The notes beneath the pieces are model-generated. The model saw nothing but the letters and a program-made list of their open reading frames with translations, was not told where the DNA came from and searched no databases. The position numbers and the translations under genes are program-made. Below are positions 15,204 through 27,768 of a stretch of 64,000 nucleotides of DNA, in pieces. How positions within the stretch are numbered: position 1 is the stretch's first letter; every line of letters starts with the position of its first letter. This DNA comes from the human T2T-CHM13v2.0 reference genome, Homo sapiens: the NCBI RefSeq assembly GCF_009914755.1, contig NC_060925.1. One strand, 5' to 3'.

Positions 15204-15949
15204 GTAAAGGCTTGCTTTCTGAGAGCATATGTCAAACCCTCAAAGAAACTGAAATATTTTTTAAAATTTATTTTACTCTACTGATATTCAGAAAAGAGAA
15301 AAAGAAAATCAAAATATAACAAAGATGTGACAGGTAGGCGATGCAATCCTGTAATTTTGGACCCTCAGTGAGAATATGAGCTACAAACAGACCTGTTCTC
15401 ACTCTCTACAACCACTGAGGACAGCAAGAATATTTGATTACCTTGGAGTCTGGCAATGGGTAGAGACAAAAATAAATCTCTTCAAATAATTTGAAGACAA
15501 AATCTCTGCTGCCTGAATTAGTAGCCCAAATTCATATGTATTGGGTAGTCTTTAAAATATCAAAGAAAAAATATAGTCTAAAAACCCAGGAGGAAAACGC
15601 TTGGATATCTGAAGCCAATGGTGGTTACGTAGGTCCACCTCTGTCAGTATGTCTTCCAAAGTATTATAAAATACTAATAAGAACAGATACAATTATACAA
15701 AATTATGCTGTAAGCATAATTTTAAGACAATGGCTATCCCAAATTCAAAACAACTGTCAGCGAAAAAACAATTCCCAGTAGTTAATCACTCGTTTTCCTG
15801 TCCCCATCAAAAGGGTTTGTGATGAGCAAGATCAGGGAGAAAAAGAATCATGGTAAAGAGAGAAGAGGAGACTAGTGACAGCCTACATTTGATATACCAC
15901 TACTTCTAGAAAGAGTAAAATTACATCCTAAGTGTGGATATGATACGAA

Positions 15950-16197
15950 GCAGGGTAATCAACCTCGGCACCAGTGACATTTGGAGCCAGATGATTCTTC
16001 CTTGTGGAGGGCCGTCCTATGCATTGTAGGATGTTGAGCAGCATCCCTAGCCTCTGCGCAGTAGATACTAGTAGCAAACTTTGCTCTAAACAATCCCTGC
16101 ACTTAGATTGTGACAATCAAAAATGTCTCCAATTTCCAATGTTCTATGTAGCAAAAAAACAGAAAAAAAAATGCCCCTTTCCACCGACAACCATTGA
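15950..16197. mobile_element. MER20 (hAT-Charlie)
   Basis: caacctcggcacc...gtcctatgcattgtaggatgttgagcagcatccctagcctct...gtgacaatcaaaaatgtctcc. Confidence 0.88.
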
Positions 16198-17054
16198 TGT
16201 AAAGAGAAGGAAATTAAAATTCATGAAATTTGAAGTGTCAATCTTTAAAAAACATAGCTTGTGTACTATTTTCAAAGAGAAAAATGAATGATGTGGCATT
16301 CTTGGGAACTAGTTGGTAGAGAAGAAAATAGTTAAAAGGAAAAAAATGTGGGGTCTTTCATGACAAAAAGAGAAACGTAATTCGGAGGGCACACAGTCTC
16401 TTTCTTTGCCTTTGAAAAAATATCCTCTAATGAATATGGACTTTGCTATCAGAAATAAATGTCATTAAACTAGCAAACCTGAATACCAGCCAAAATTGAC
16501 CAAACTATACAGCAAACAATGAATTCATGAAAAGAGATTTTAAACATTGATAAGTGACATATAATATGCCTAAACTAATAAAAAAATTCTGAGTAAAATT
16601 ATCACAAAGCAAACGAAAACTGTGAAATGATACTCAAACAGAATTAAATATGTTCAGTATAATTACGTATAGAAGAAATAAATATATATTTAGGATAGCA
16701 AAAATCACCTTGAGTCAGAAAAAAAACAGTGAACAAAATCAGGAAGAAATTAAAAAGAGAGTCGATTAAATTTGCGAAAGAAATGATAGGAATAGACAAT
16801 GTGATCTTCCTTTTTTAAATACCTTACCTGTCAAGGTATTTAGGAAAGTAAAAATAAAACCCTCAGTGATAAAGGCTATATTGAAAGACAACAGCCCCAA
16901 ATTAAAATATAATAAATGGCAGTGAAGAAATTAAAAAGACAAGTGAGAGAATAAAATGAGATAAAGAGAGATGTAAAAATATACAGAATCCCACAGCTAC
17001 ACGTGGAATATACAATTAATTTTTCAAAAAGATATTTCAATATGTCACTTATTT

Positions 17055-17190
17055 AGTTCGCGGTTTCACAATCTCTGCAATAATGATTTGGATCGGATAA
17101 TTTTTTTATTGTGGAAGGGGGGTTAAAATCTTGTGCAATATATGTTGTTTAGCAGTGCTCTTGGCCTCTAACCATTAAATGAGAGTAAGT
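17055..17190. mobile_element. MER20 fragment
   Basis: cttgtgcaatatatgttgtttagcagtgctcttggcctctaaccattaaatg. Confidence 0.7.
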
Positions 17191-17239
17191 ACCAATTTAT
17201 TGCATACATGATGAGATAATTTGCCTTACTAGATGTTTA

Positions 17240-17733
17240 GAAATAGAAATTAATCAATGCTGTGTAGTCAAAAGAGCAAAAAAGTAAAGACAACCAAGTC
17301 AGAACTTAGCACATATGAAAAATTATTATGAGAAACTGGTGCTGCAGAATGGGGGAAATGTTTCTCAATAAATAGTTTTGTGTCAACCATTTATTTCTAT
17401 TTGGAAAATAAATGCAATAGGTTATCTTCCTTTTTTATTCATAAAAATTTAATCCAAAATTACTAAATACATAATTGTATTGATAAGTAAATATATAATT
17501 GAAAAAGTAAAAATACAATAAAAATGTAAAAGACAATATAGGATAACGCCATTATTCAAGATAGAAAAATATTATATGATATAAAAATATGATAATAAAT
17601 ATATTTGGCTACAGCTAAATAAATAACTCCTGCTTGTATGAGGATATAATAAAGAAAATTAAGTATGAAGTCATCAAAATTTGTGATAACAGTGTATAGA
17701 TGATAGATAGATAGATGATAGATGATAGATAGG

Positions 17734-17769
<36 letters not shown>

Positions 17770-18120
17770 AAGATAATGACATAGATAGAGATATCCTGAA
17801 CAAACAATATAAAGAACAACTCAGATTCTGGAAATAAGAAAGACTGAACATGCAAAACCCAAATGGGCAAATCCCTAGAACAGGCTCTTCAGAAATCATC
17901 AAGCAAACATGGATGATAATACTTGAGAAAATGAACAACTTCATCAATAATTAGGGAAATGCAAATAAAATCAAAATAGTATTAAGTGTCTGTAGGGTGT
18001 GGAAAAATAGAAACACAATAAGAACACATAGGCTTTTATTGAAATTTAACTGGCATAATGATTTCTGAAAATAATTTGAGATTATACCGAAATATTGAGT
18101 TACAGCTTTTTGAGAAATGC
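17240..18120 (+). mobile_element. Ancient L1ME-type ORF2 3' region
   Basis: tctcaataaatag, aaatgggcaaa and attagggaaatgcaaataaaa motifs, heavily decayed. Confidence 0.55.
17696..17773. repeat. (GATA)n tetranucleotide STR
   Basis: Interrupted TAGA array with a pure run at about 17734-17768. Confidence 0.97.
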
Positions 18121-18855
18121 TGAAGAATCGACATTTTCTCATTCATCTCAATAAAATATTGTTTGACACTGTTGCCCATTCTAAATTAATCATTTCCTCT
18201 TGCTAATCTTAAATTAACCAACTAATATCTGCTAAAACCTTAACTCCAGTCTTGAAGGGTCTTCATCCTATCCGATGACAAACAGAACCTGAGTTGCATT
18301 TCTTCAACAACTTCGAAGAGTGTGCAAGTCATACAATAAAACTGACCTTCTTTTCTCTAACCTACAGATAATTTAAGATACTTGACACAACAGTATACTA
18401 AACTGTCAATAGCTGCAAATATTCTTAAGTGGTGACCAAACCACTTTTGCTTGAGTTTTCTCCATCAGAATGTAAGATCCAGAGGATCCTTTTTATGTAC
18501 CCCCTAAAACTTGACAGTGTTAAAAGAAGTCATTGTAAAATAATATTTATTGTAATCTTGTTTCTTCTAGCCACAGTTGGGAAATATACAAGTGTTACTA
18601 AACAGTATAATGGATAAATAAATTGTGGTATGTTCATAAACAAAATACTACTGAGAAGCAAAAAAAAATAGTAAAACTGAGTAGTTCTACTTAGCTATGT
18701 TAAACTGGGAAAAACATTGAGTAAAAAATTACTCATAAAAAATGCCTATATTAGATATAGTTTAAAAATGCAAAGTAAACTGCATATTTATATAGGAACC
18801 AAGATACTTGGGAAAAATAAAGAAGAGCAATGCAATTGTGAAGGAATAAATCTGA

Positions 18856-18965
18856 TTTTTTTTTTTGTATTTTTTTTTTTGAGATGGAGTCTCCCTCTGT
18901 TGGCCAGGCTGGAGTGCAGTGATACAGTCTCGGCTCACTGCAATCTCCACCTCCTGGGTTCAAGC
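18856..18965 (-). mobile_element. 5'-truncated AluS (3' portion only)
   Basis: Poly-T followed by gagatggagtctc...cctgggttcaagc, then an abrupt end. Confidence 0.9.
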
Positions 18966-19067
18966 TTGAATAGTGTTCTTTGTTGAGGCTGTGGAAGGGA
19001 TTCGATTAGGGAGTGAGATGTAGGTAATATTTTAAAAAGAATGATTACACTGTTTCTTATAATGGCC

Positions 19068-19441
19068 GATAATGTGGTTTCAGTCTGTACCCACCCAAAT
19101 CTCATCTTGAATCATAGTTTACCACAATCTCCATGTGTGGTGGGAAGGACCCACTGGGAGGTAATTAAATCATGGGGGCTGTTTTCCCCATGCTAGTCTC
19201 ATGATGATGAGTAAGTTCTCATGAGATCTGATGTTATAAGGGGCTTCCCCCATCACTGAGCTCTCATCTCCTTCCTGTCGCCATGTGAAGAAGGATGTGT
19301 TTTCTTCCTCTTCTGCCATGATTATAAATTTCCTGAGGCCTCCCCAGCCCTGTGGAACTGTGAGTCAATTAAATTTTTTCTTTTTGTAAATTACTCAGTC
19401 CTGGGCATTTCCTTAGAGGAGCATGAGAACAGACTAATACA
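19068..19441 (+). mobile_element. MaLR solo LTR (THE1C/D-like)
   Basis: cccacccaaatctcatcttgaat...cctgaggcctccccagcc...gaacagactaataca. Confidence 0.9.
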
Positions 19442-19445
19442 GGTG

Positions 19446-19447
19446 TT

Positions 19448-19480
<33 letters not shown>
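19446..19480. repeat. Poly(T) tract
   Basis: Pure run of about 31 T. Confidence 0.95.
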
Positions 19481-19482
<2 letters not shown>

Positions 19483-21954
19483 ATTTTTGTTCTCTACATT
19501 CCATGAAGTTTAAAATATTGTTTAATCTAGCCAATAGTCAAGAAACACTCAAAATGAAAATATAAAATTAACAAAAAGATATGTAAAGAAAGTATAGAAG
19601 GAAAGAAGAAAAATGAGAAAAGGAGAAAGAATAGATTAACTCATATCCCTCTTATGTGGATTAAAAGTGATACAATTTGGGAAAACCCTTTAAAGCACAG
19701 TCATCAGTTTATGTCTTTTTCTAACTGCAGCATCTGCTTCCTAAGCTTCATTTTATTCTTCAAAGGGCAATTTATTGTCAATAACTGTTTCAACACTGTC
19801 TATAGGACATAATGTCTTAGGTCTGCTTTCTTGCAAATATAATAAAGCTACCTTGTGGTACCTTCTTAATGTTTTCTATTATTTGTTGACTTTCCTCGTG
19901 TTTAATTGGTTTCCACACTCAGGATTGTTTAAAGAGATTTTATTATTTGGAGAATACTATTTAGATGTAACGTGCTATTGTTAGAAATAAGTCAATTGAT
20001 AGAGATTTATTTATGCTCATTTAAAATGACAAATAATTCTATTTTGAGACATTTACTGATCTTAAATTTAAATATGATATACAATAATCCCATTGGATAA
20101 CTTTTCACTGAGATCAGAGTATGGTCTCTTGAGAAAAAGTATTACCCAAAGGTCATACCACTTCTATTAAATGCTGCATTTTTCCATTATCAAACTGTAT
20201 TGGAAGAATGAAATCTCTATTTATTATAAGAAGTAAAAGCAATTTGCTTGAACTTATTACAATCTGTCTAATTTATTAACCATACCTTCAAGTACAATAC
20301 ACTTAATAATTTATACTTTTGAAATACTTCCATGTGTCTTTTATTTTTTAAAGAGAAACACAACTGCCAACCTATGGAAAAGTCATTATTCCAATTAGAA
20401 AAATACTGACGGCCTAGAGTTCATTCAACAAATCAATATTTAATTAGCAATGTGTCAAACTGCAGATACCAGTCACTATAATATATGTTACTAAAATTAG
20501 ATGTTTATTGTTGATGTAGCTGTGAAGAGTAGGTCACAAAGACCTATATAAAAATGAAATTAAGTATCCACATGACACTCAAAGACAGCCAAAACACCTC
20601 TTTTAGTATGACCTTAATAAAGAAAACATGCCATCATGTTTCTAAACAAAGCATTGTGGCTTTTGTCATTTTTATAATTGGCTTATGTATATGATTAAAA
20701 GGACCTTAACAGTGGTGAAATCGCAGAGTTGATTTTCACTGACTTCTTTTAATTCATAATTTTTTTTAGTAAGAGAACACCTTAATAAAGAATTTTAGTT
20801 GGTGTATTATTTACGTGCTTTAATGCATGTATGTGGTTACTATAGATAATGAAAACTATTACTTCTCTTACCCTTGAAAAACTAATCAACATTAGTGTTA
20901 AGTAAATTTCCCAGCATGAATCAAGATAGTTATGCAAAGCAAAAAGCAAAAAGGAAAAAAAAAGAAATGTTCACAATTTGTAACTAATAGAAGAAATAAT
21001 TACCTAAATATATTTTAATATTTCATATTTTATGTATTAAACACACCTTGTCAGAAATGTAGGATAACATGTGTATCTAAATGTATATATTTGTATTTTA
21101 TTTAAATACATAAAATGAAAATCAACTAATATATTTATTGAACACCAGTAGTGATTTATATATGAGATACTGTATTTGCATATAAACTATACTATAACTT
21201 GTAGTATTTGCATAGCATAAAATACTATACAAATTTTTTTTAGAAAAAAATGAATGTAGCAAATAGAAATAAAATATTATGTCACTGACATACAGAAATT
21301 TGAATTTCAGGTAAATATTTTTATTTGAATATGTACATATCAAAATAACTGATGACAAAATATTAATCTGAATGAAGTTGACTTAAAGTGTTTTAAGTTT
21401 GAGAGACAAGAGGGGTAAAAGTAAAATTAGCAGAACTACAATATGCCATTAAGAGGTTCATATTAAATCTAGCACTATAGAAAAATTGGATTTAGATAGC
21501 CAAAGAGTATTCTGTGCAATGAAAGCACACAAATTAAGATATTCTGTGTCAACAGTGATTAGGAGCTTGAGGAATGTTAATTGTACAAGGGAGCAAACAT
21601 AAAATAACAACAGAAAGAAATTAAATAATACAATAATGAAATTTTCAAAATTTGGTGTGAAGGAAAGAGAACTTGGTGTCTTGTTGAAGGGAAATATATA
21701 TTTTTATTAGAAAAGGTGAAACCACTGGTTTCTTATGGTGTCTTTAAAAATTACAAGTATGCCTTATATTAGTTATATTCCTACATTTAATAAGCCAATG
21801 CTTATTTTTCTTCTTTTATAATTAATGGAGCTTCATGTTTCTCAACACTTAAAACTTACTTACGTTTATAGATTTTTAAGTATTGCTTATTTCAAGGGAG
21901 GAGCAGCAAAGGCCACAGAATCAGTCAAGAAAGCCAAAGGTGAGAGGAATCTAC

Positions 21955-22195
21955 TTGTATAGTAGTTAGGAGTGTGGGCTCTGGGTCCTGTTTTGAATCT
22001 CTGTCTCCACTTCATAGTTGTGTGACCTTGGTCAACTCTCTTAACTATTCTGTATCTCTGTTTCCCCATTTATCAAATCTATGTAACAATATTACTCATT
22101 TAAAAATATTTTGTGAGTATTAAATTATTAGTATTTTATGGTACCTATAGCAATGCCTGTTAAATAGCAAGAGCTCAATAGATATTGACGTATTG
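21955..22195 (+). mobile_element. MIR, near full length
   Basis: Core tgtgtgaccttggtcaactctcttaac...tctgtttccccatt. 3' end gagctcaatagatattg. Confidence 0.88.
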
Positions 22196-24288
22196 TTTTA
22201 CCATGTTCTTTATTGTGACAAAATTTGGATAAACACAGCAACAAATATTGACATATTTCTGTATATGTCAATTTGTAATTCTATAAAATCAATTAACAAA
22301 AGGCTTTACCATAAAATAGCTGTCATATTTTGTAGTCACTAAGTGTTTAGCAATAGATTTTTAAGGTTTTGGGATAGAAAAGTAAGATATCTATAAATAT
22401 ATGTATAACTCATCATCTCTACCCTGCCCGTATTTATATTACATTTGTTCATCTAAATTCTTGAGAGCAATTCAGACACATTATGCAAAATTGTTTCTCC
22501 TGTGTTTAGGTTAATCTCTGTCTGTACTTGACCACAGTCTGGCTACTACTGTCACCAGTGCTGATTTCATAACATACAGACAAATTAACAATCTAAGTAC
22601 CATCTAAGTACAAAATATATATCTATATTTTGTAGCCATTTCATTTCCTTAGGGTAACTATAAAGCTTATAAAAAATGTCTTTTGCTACTTTTTCTCCCA
22701 GAGATGAATTTATTTAAAAATCTAAAAGAAAAAAATGACCCTCTCTGAAAACCTCACTCAGGGTCCTATTGCTAGTGACCCTGTCTTCCGTGGTAGGAAG
22801 TATTTTAGTTTTATTTACAAATATGAGTAAGGTATGACATAGAAAAAATATAAAAAATACATATAATAGATTCTCAAGACTGGAAGAAATATACATATTA
22901 TTTGTTCCAAACCTACTGCTGATGCTTCAGACGTAATACAGGACGTTCAGTTTCTAGGGAAAGAGAACATGGGAGGTGGAAGCCTATTCCATTTTCAGCT
23001 ATGAAACTCTTAAGTATTATGAAAGTCTTAAAATATCCATCTATGTAACGTTAGCCTTTTTCTCAGCTCACTCTCTGGAGTAAAACACTATGGGAATCCT
23101 TCTTCACTGTCTTGTTGTGAATGTATGATGGCAGACTGATATATTAAACCAACATCTATTTTTTTTTCTGTACAACATTTTATTATGCTTTGAAACTAGT
23201 ATTAAAATATGGTATATTTTCTTTTGGATTTTTCATAGCAAGACCCTAAACTTAGCTTTCTATGATATGAACATACATTATAAATTCAATCAAGAAAACT
23301 TCCAGTAGGAGAGAGAGAGGTTTTCTCCCCCACCACCAATGTGCAATTTGACTTGACTACGTAGAATTAAATGACAGAAACTGCCTAAAATGTTGAAAGA
23401 AAAAAAATATGAAGCTATACTTGAGCCCAATGAGGAGTTTGAATGAATTTGCCCGTCAAAGTAAAAACCAAAACAAAACAAAACAAAAAAACTTAAGAAT
23501 AGAGTGAATGCTGTGAAAATTAAGTGTACAACCAAACGCAGATGGAAAATAAATATAAAGCAAATTGTAGTGATCAGAAAAGAGACTCATTGAGCCTTGC
23601 ACTTTCGACCAGTTTCCTTGAACAATTACACTGCCAAGTGAATATATGTTAGGAGACAGAAATCAAAATGGGGCCCCACCAGTAGGGGGATGAAAAAGGA
23701 GGAGAAGGAGTAGCAAAACAAGGAGAGGAAGTAGAGTGGCACAGGAGGCCAAGGGAAGGGAAGAAGAGGAGAAAAGGATTAAGAAGAAAACAATCAGACA
23801 TCATTCAAAGAATTTACATTAGTAGGTAATGAAATATAGTCAACATTTTGAAAGCTATTTTAACAAGGAAATGAGAAAAATAAATTTTCATATATTGAAT
23901 ATGCCACAGATCCTCTTCAAGGTTTACAGGATAACCCATTTGAAGAAAAATAATGGCACTTAAACATAAACAAGGTGAAAGCAACTGCTGAAGAGACTTC
24001 CCTCATTATTCTAGCAAGAATCCAAGGCACTTCAAGCATCTTTATGGAATGAGACTGGAAAACATCACCTCTCTACAGTTTTCCAGTGATGAGCTCTCTA
24101 GGTGACTGACAATGAAAAGAGATCTCTGCTCTCCATTCCCTATTTTGATATTTGTCTTTTGATTTAGAAGCAGATATTTTTACACTAATTGTTCTTAAAA
24201 GTGGTTATTACAAATTTGTCAAACATCAATGTCATATTTACCCACAAAGCCTGCTAAATTTTCAATACCTAGAATACCTTCTGGGTTC

Positions 24289-24352
24289 TGATTGATAACT
24301 TTTAGTTAGAATCTAAGGATGATTGATAACTTCTAGATAGAATCTAAGGATG
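24289..24352. repeat. 31-bp tandem duplication
   Basis: tgattgataacttttagttagaatctaagga / tgattgataacttctagatagaatctaagga. Confidence 0.92.
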
Positions 24353-25730
24353 TGATGACCCTGAGGATAGCTATGTTTAAAACTTTTTTATTTTATTATA
24401 GTTTATTATAGCAATAAACCATTAAAGGAATTTAACATACCAATTCAAATATCAAATATTAATAATTTCTAAAAATTACAATCTTGTCCCTTTAAGATAT
24501 TTAGGACCTTTAACAATTTTTTTATTGAGAGAATTTGACATATTGCAAGTGTGAATGAGGTTTAAGCTATCTTCAAATTTAACCAAGGTAGAAAGCAAAT
24601 TCTTCACTTTAGAGAAACTCAGTCAAAAATGATGCTTAATCTGTCATCACCAGGGAAAATTTATGTTTCTAAGTTTGTAATTGTTACCTTCTTGACAATT
24701 ATTAATGTATTTAATCAACATTACTAGACATAATTTAAATCATTTCTGTTATTGCTAAAATGAAATTAAAACAAATTTGTAACAGTATTTGGAAAGAACT
24801 ATTTATAAAACAATGTGGTAGTTAATGGGATATAATAGAGTCTAGAAAAATCATTATGCCATGACTATTGTAAACCATTATCCTTGTGTTATAAACTGAA
24901 ATAATTGAAACTATAGTCTGACATTTATTTTGGGTAACTTCCTTGCAAAAGGCTTTACTTTTCAAGTAAGAATTAATTGTATTAAATCATAAATCATCTT
25001 AAGGGACATACTGTGATCTTTTGGGTTGATAATAGTGAAAACGTATTTACAAAAGCAAAAGTTCATATATGGTTTTCTGACTTTTATTAAGACCTTTACT
25101 TACATTTTAAAAAACTGGAGTTTATTTTACCTAGGCTTCATCATAGCCACATTTTTTGATGGTGGTGGTATTCTAGAAGTTGCAGTACCTTCACATTAGA
25201 ATATAATTGGTGTATATTGGAGCTGGTTCTCCATAGCCAATTGTGTGCATCTCCTACCAACTATGTATTCAGGGATATAATATTTGATCATGTTAGCTTG
25301 AAAACAATCATACCGGGAATATTTAAACCATGGAAACTGGAAATGCTAAATCATATTCCACTCCTTTACTCTCTGATAGCTGGTTTACCAGTACATTCTG
25401 CACAGATGTATGCTTTCTCTGTACATATCGGCAACACATCAGTTTTGTAGAACCAATGATTATTTAAGAAGTATAAAACTTAGTGATGCCTCAACAGAAT
25501 TTTAGAGCTTCATTTTATTTTGAAATTCTAGAATAATTTTTACTTCATTTACAAAATCAGATCATTGTGTGAGTCTATTCAAATCATTAGCGATGCATTG
25601 CTCGTAATGTCCACAAAATGATCCAGGATTTCTGTGTGTTGCTTTGATTCAGTGGCTAGCAGACTTTATATCTTTACCATAGACAGGGCTATTAAGTGAG
25701 CTATTTATTTTGTTAACCTTGAACTCTAAA

Positions 25731-25840
25731 GTGTGTGTATGTATATGTGTATACACACACACGTGTGTGTATATATGTGTATATATATATGTGTGTATAT
25801 ATATAATATATATGTGTGTATATATACATATTATATATAT
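25731..25840. repeat. Compound (TG)/(TA)/(CA) microsatellite
   Basis: Near-continuous alternating purine-pyrimidine tract. Confidence 0.95.
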
Positions 25841-27405
25841 GCTTTTTTTCTTGGGTGTGCTTAGATTACCCAGAGAAATACATTTCATTTTCCTCTGTTT
25901 AGAACAAGGCTGTCTATCATGCCACAAAGTGAAGGAAAGGACCACATACTTTAGTCTTCTATATTTAGACTTCTGCCTTTCTTTTCTTTCTTTTTTTTTC
26001 AAACAGTACACATTCAATCATCTATCATGGTGAAGGGGAGACTATAGCACCTAGGATTGTAACTACTATTTCAACAGACTTTCAGGCAATTTTCCTGTTT
26101 CCAGCACTACCTCAGCCTCACATTCAGAAGCACTTGGTAATATCCATTTTTCAGCCTTGCAGATTTCTAACTCTCCCAAAATCAGTTTCATTTCAGAATT
26201 TGGGTTTGTTCATTTCACTTGTCATATATCCATCTGCCTTTCAGTTTTAAAAATTATGTTCCCATCCTATTTTCTACCTTTTCTGGGTTCCTGTGAAATT
26301 TTTGCCTTACAAAATCTTTTCTATTGATTTTGTTATCATTTGAGGAAAGAACAGGAAAAATTAATCTGTCCAATCTTAAATATTATACAAAAGTGATATG
26401 CTTTTGCTTAAAATATATGAATAGACTAACATAAGAACAACTTTCCAAAATCACTAATTCATTGCTTATTCATTTGAGCATATTTTAATCTTCTCTCTCT
26501 CTCTACATATGCATTTTTTCTGCAGTTGAAATTTTGTATATTTTCATAGTCTACGTGTATTCTTGTTAATATCTGAAAGTTTTACAAATGTTTTTCTTAG
26601 GATAATTCTTTTGAATACTATTCATAAATTACATGTGTGAGCTTTTATTATTTTAAGCAAACTCACCATGTGTCAGTACTTGGAATTTTCCATATTTCTG
26701 CTAATTTTATTATATTCTTAAGGGAAAATATGTATGAGTTTTTCTGAACAGCCTGGCCTTTACAGAAGCATTTATCATGAAAATTATTCTGTCATTGTAA
26801 CATTTGTTTCTCAAACAATCACAGAACAACATATGTAACTATACCATTGAATTTTAAAGTGTTCATAAACATTGCCCCAAAGTATTACTAATTTAGGCTT
26901 ATTTAGCATAACTCAGTAAGGTTTGTGGATACGGCTTATTTCCATGTCCAACATTTTTCATGAATATGATAACTAACACGCCCTTTGTGCTGCGTAGTTG
27001 TCATGCAGAAGACTTCCCACACAAGGTGCTTTATTCTAATATTCAATTGGCACATTCTCAGATATAAAATTTCACTCTTGACTTAAAGTGGGCTTTATAT
27101 TTTCTTTGCCTTTTTGTTTACATATTTTATTGTCACTGCTTATGAACTCATATCATTAAAGGAAAGAGGGGGAAATGACTAGTTCTATTTGTAATAAATA
27201 AATTTACTACATAATAATGCATAGTTTGAAATTCTTAGTGCTTATTATAATTTTCCATGGCCCTGATCTTTCCTGTAAATTTGTTGTGCCAGAACATTAT
27301 CTGAGCTTTAACTTTTGACTCAAAAGCCACCTCTTATACCTAGTTTTCCCTGAATAAATCGGTTGAAAATCACACTTTTCCCTTTTCATTGCATTCGCTT
27401 CATGC

Positions 27406-27768
27406 TGTCTTAGTCCATTTGAGCTAAGACAATAAAATACCTCAGACTTGGTAATTAATAAATCATTGAAATGCATTTCTTGCAATACTGGAGGCTGAGA
27501 AGTCTAAACTCAAGTCACCCTCAGATCCAGTGTCTGGTAAAACCTTGTTTGCTGCTTCATAGATGGCATAGCTTGCTGCAGTCTCACATAGTGAAAGGAA
27601 CAGAAGAGACTAATGTGCTCCTGTAATCCCTTTTAAAAGTGCACTGATCTCCTTCATGAGTGTAGGGCCCTCATGATTTAATCACTTCACAAAAGGTCTC
27701 ATCACTTAATACTATTGCTTTGGAGATAACACTTCAACATAAATTTTGGAGGAATGCAAACCATAGCA
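27406..27768 (-). mobile_element. MaLR solo LTR (MLT1A/MSTD-like)
   Basis: tgtcttagtccattt...ctggaggctgagaagtc...gccctcatgatttaatcac...aaaccatagca. Confidence 0.85.

Noticed and set aside
24289-24352. 31-bp direct repeats as a CRISPR-like array
   Set aside because: Only two adjacent copies, no spacers, eukaryotic context.
25649-26033. Low-complexity ORFs here, and at 17556-17947 and 31374-31632
   Set aside because: Stop-free frames created by microsatellites.
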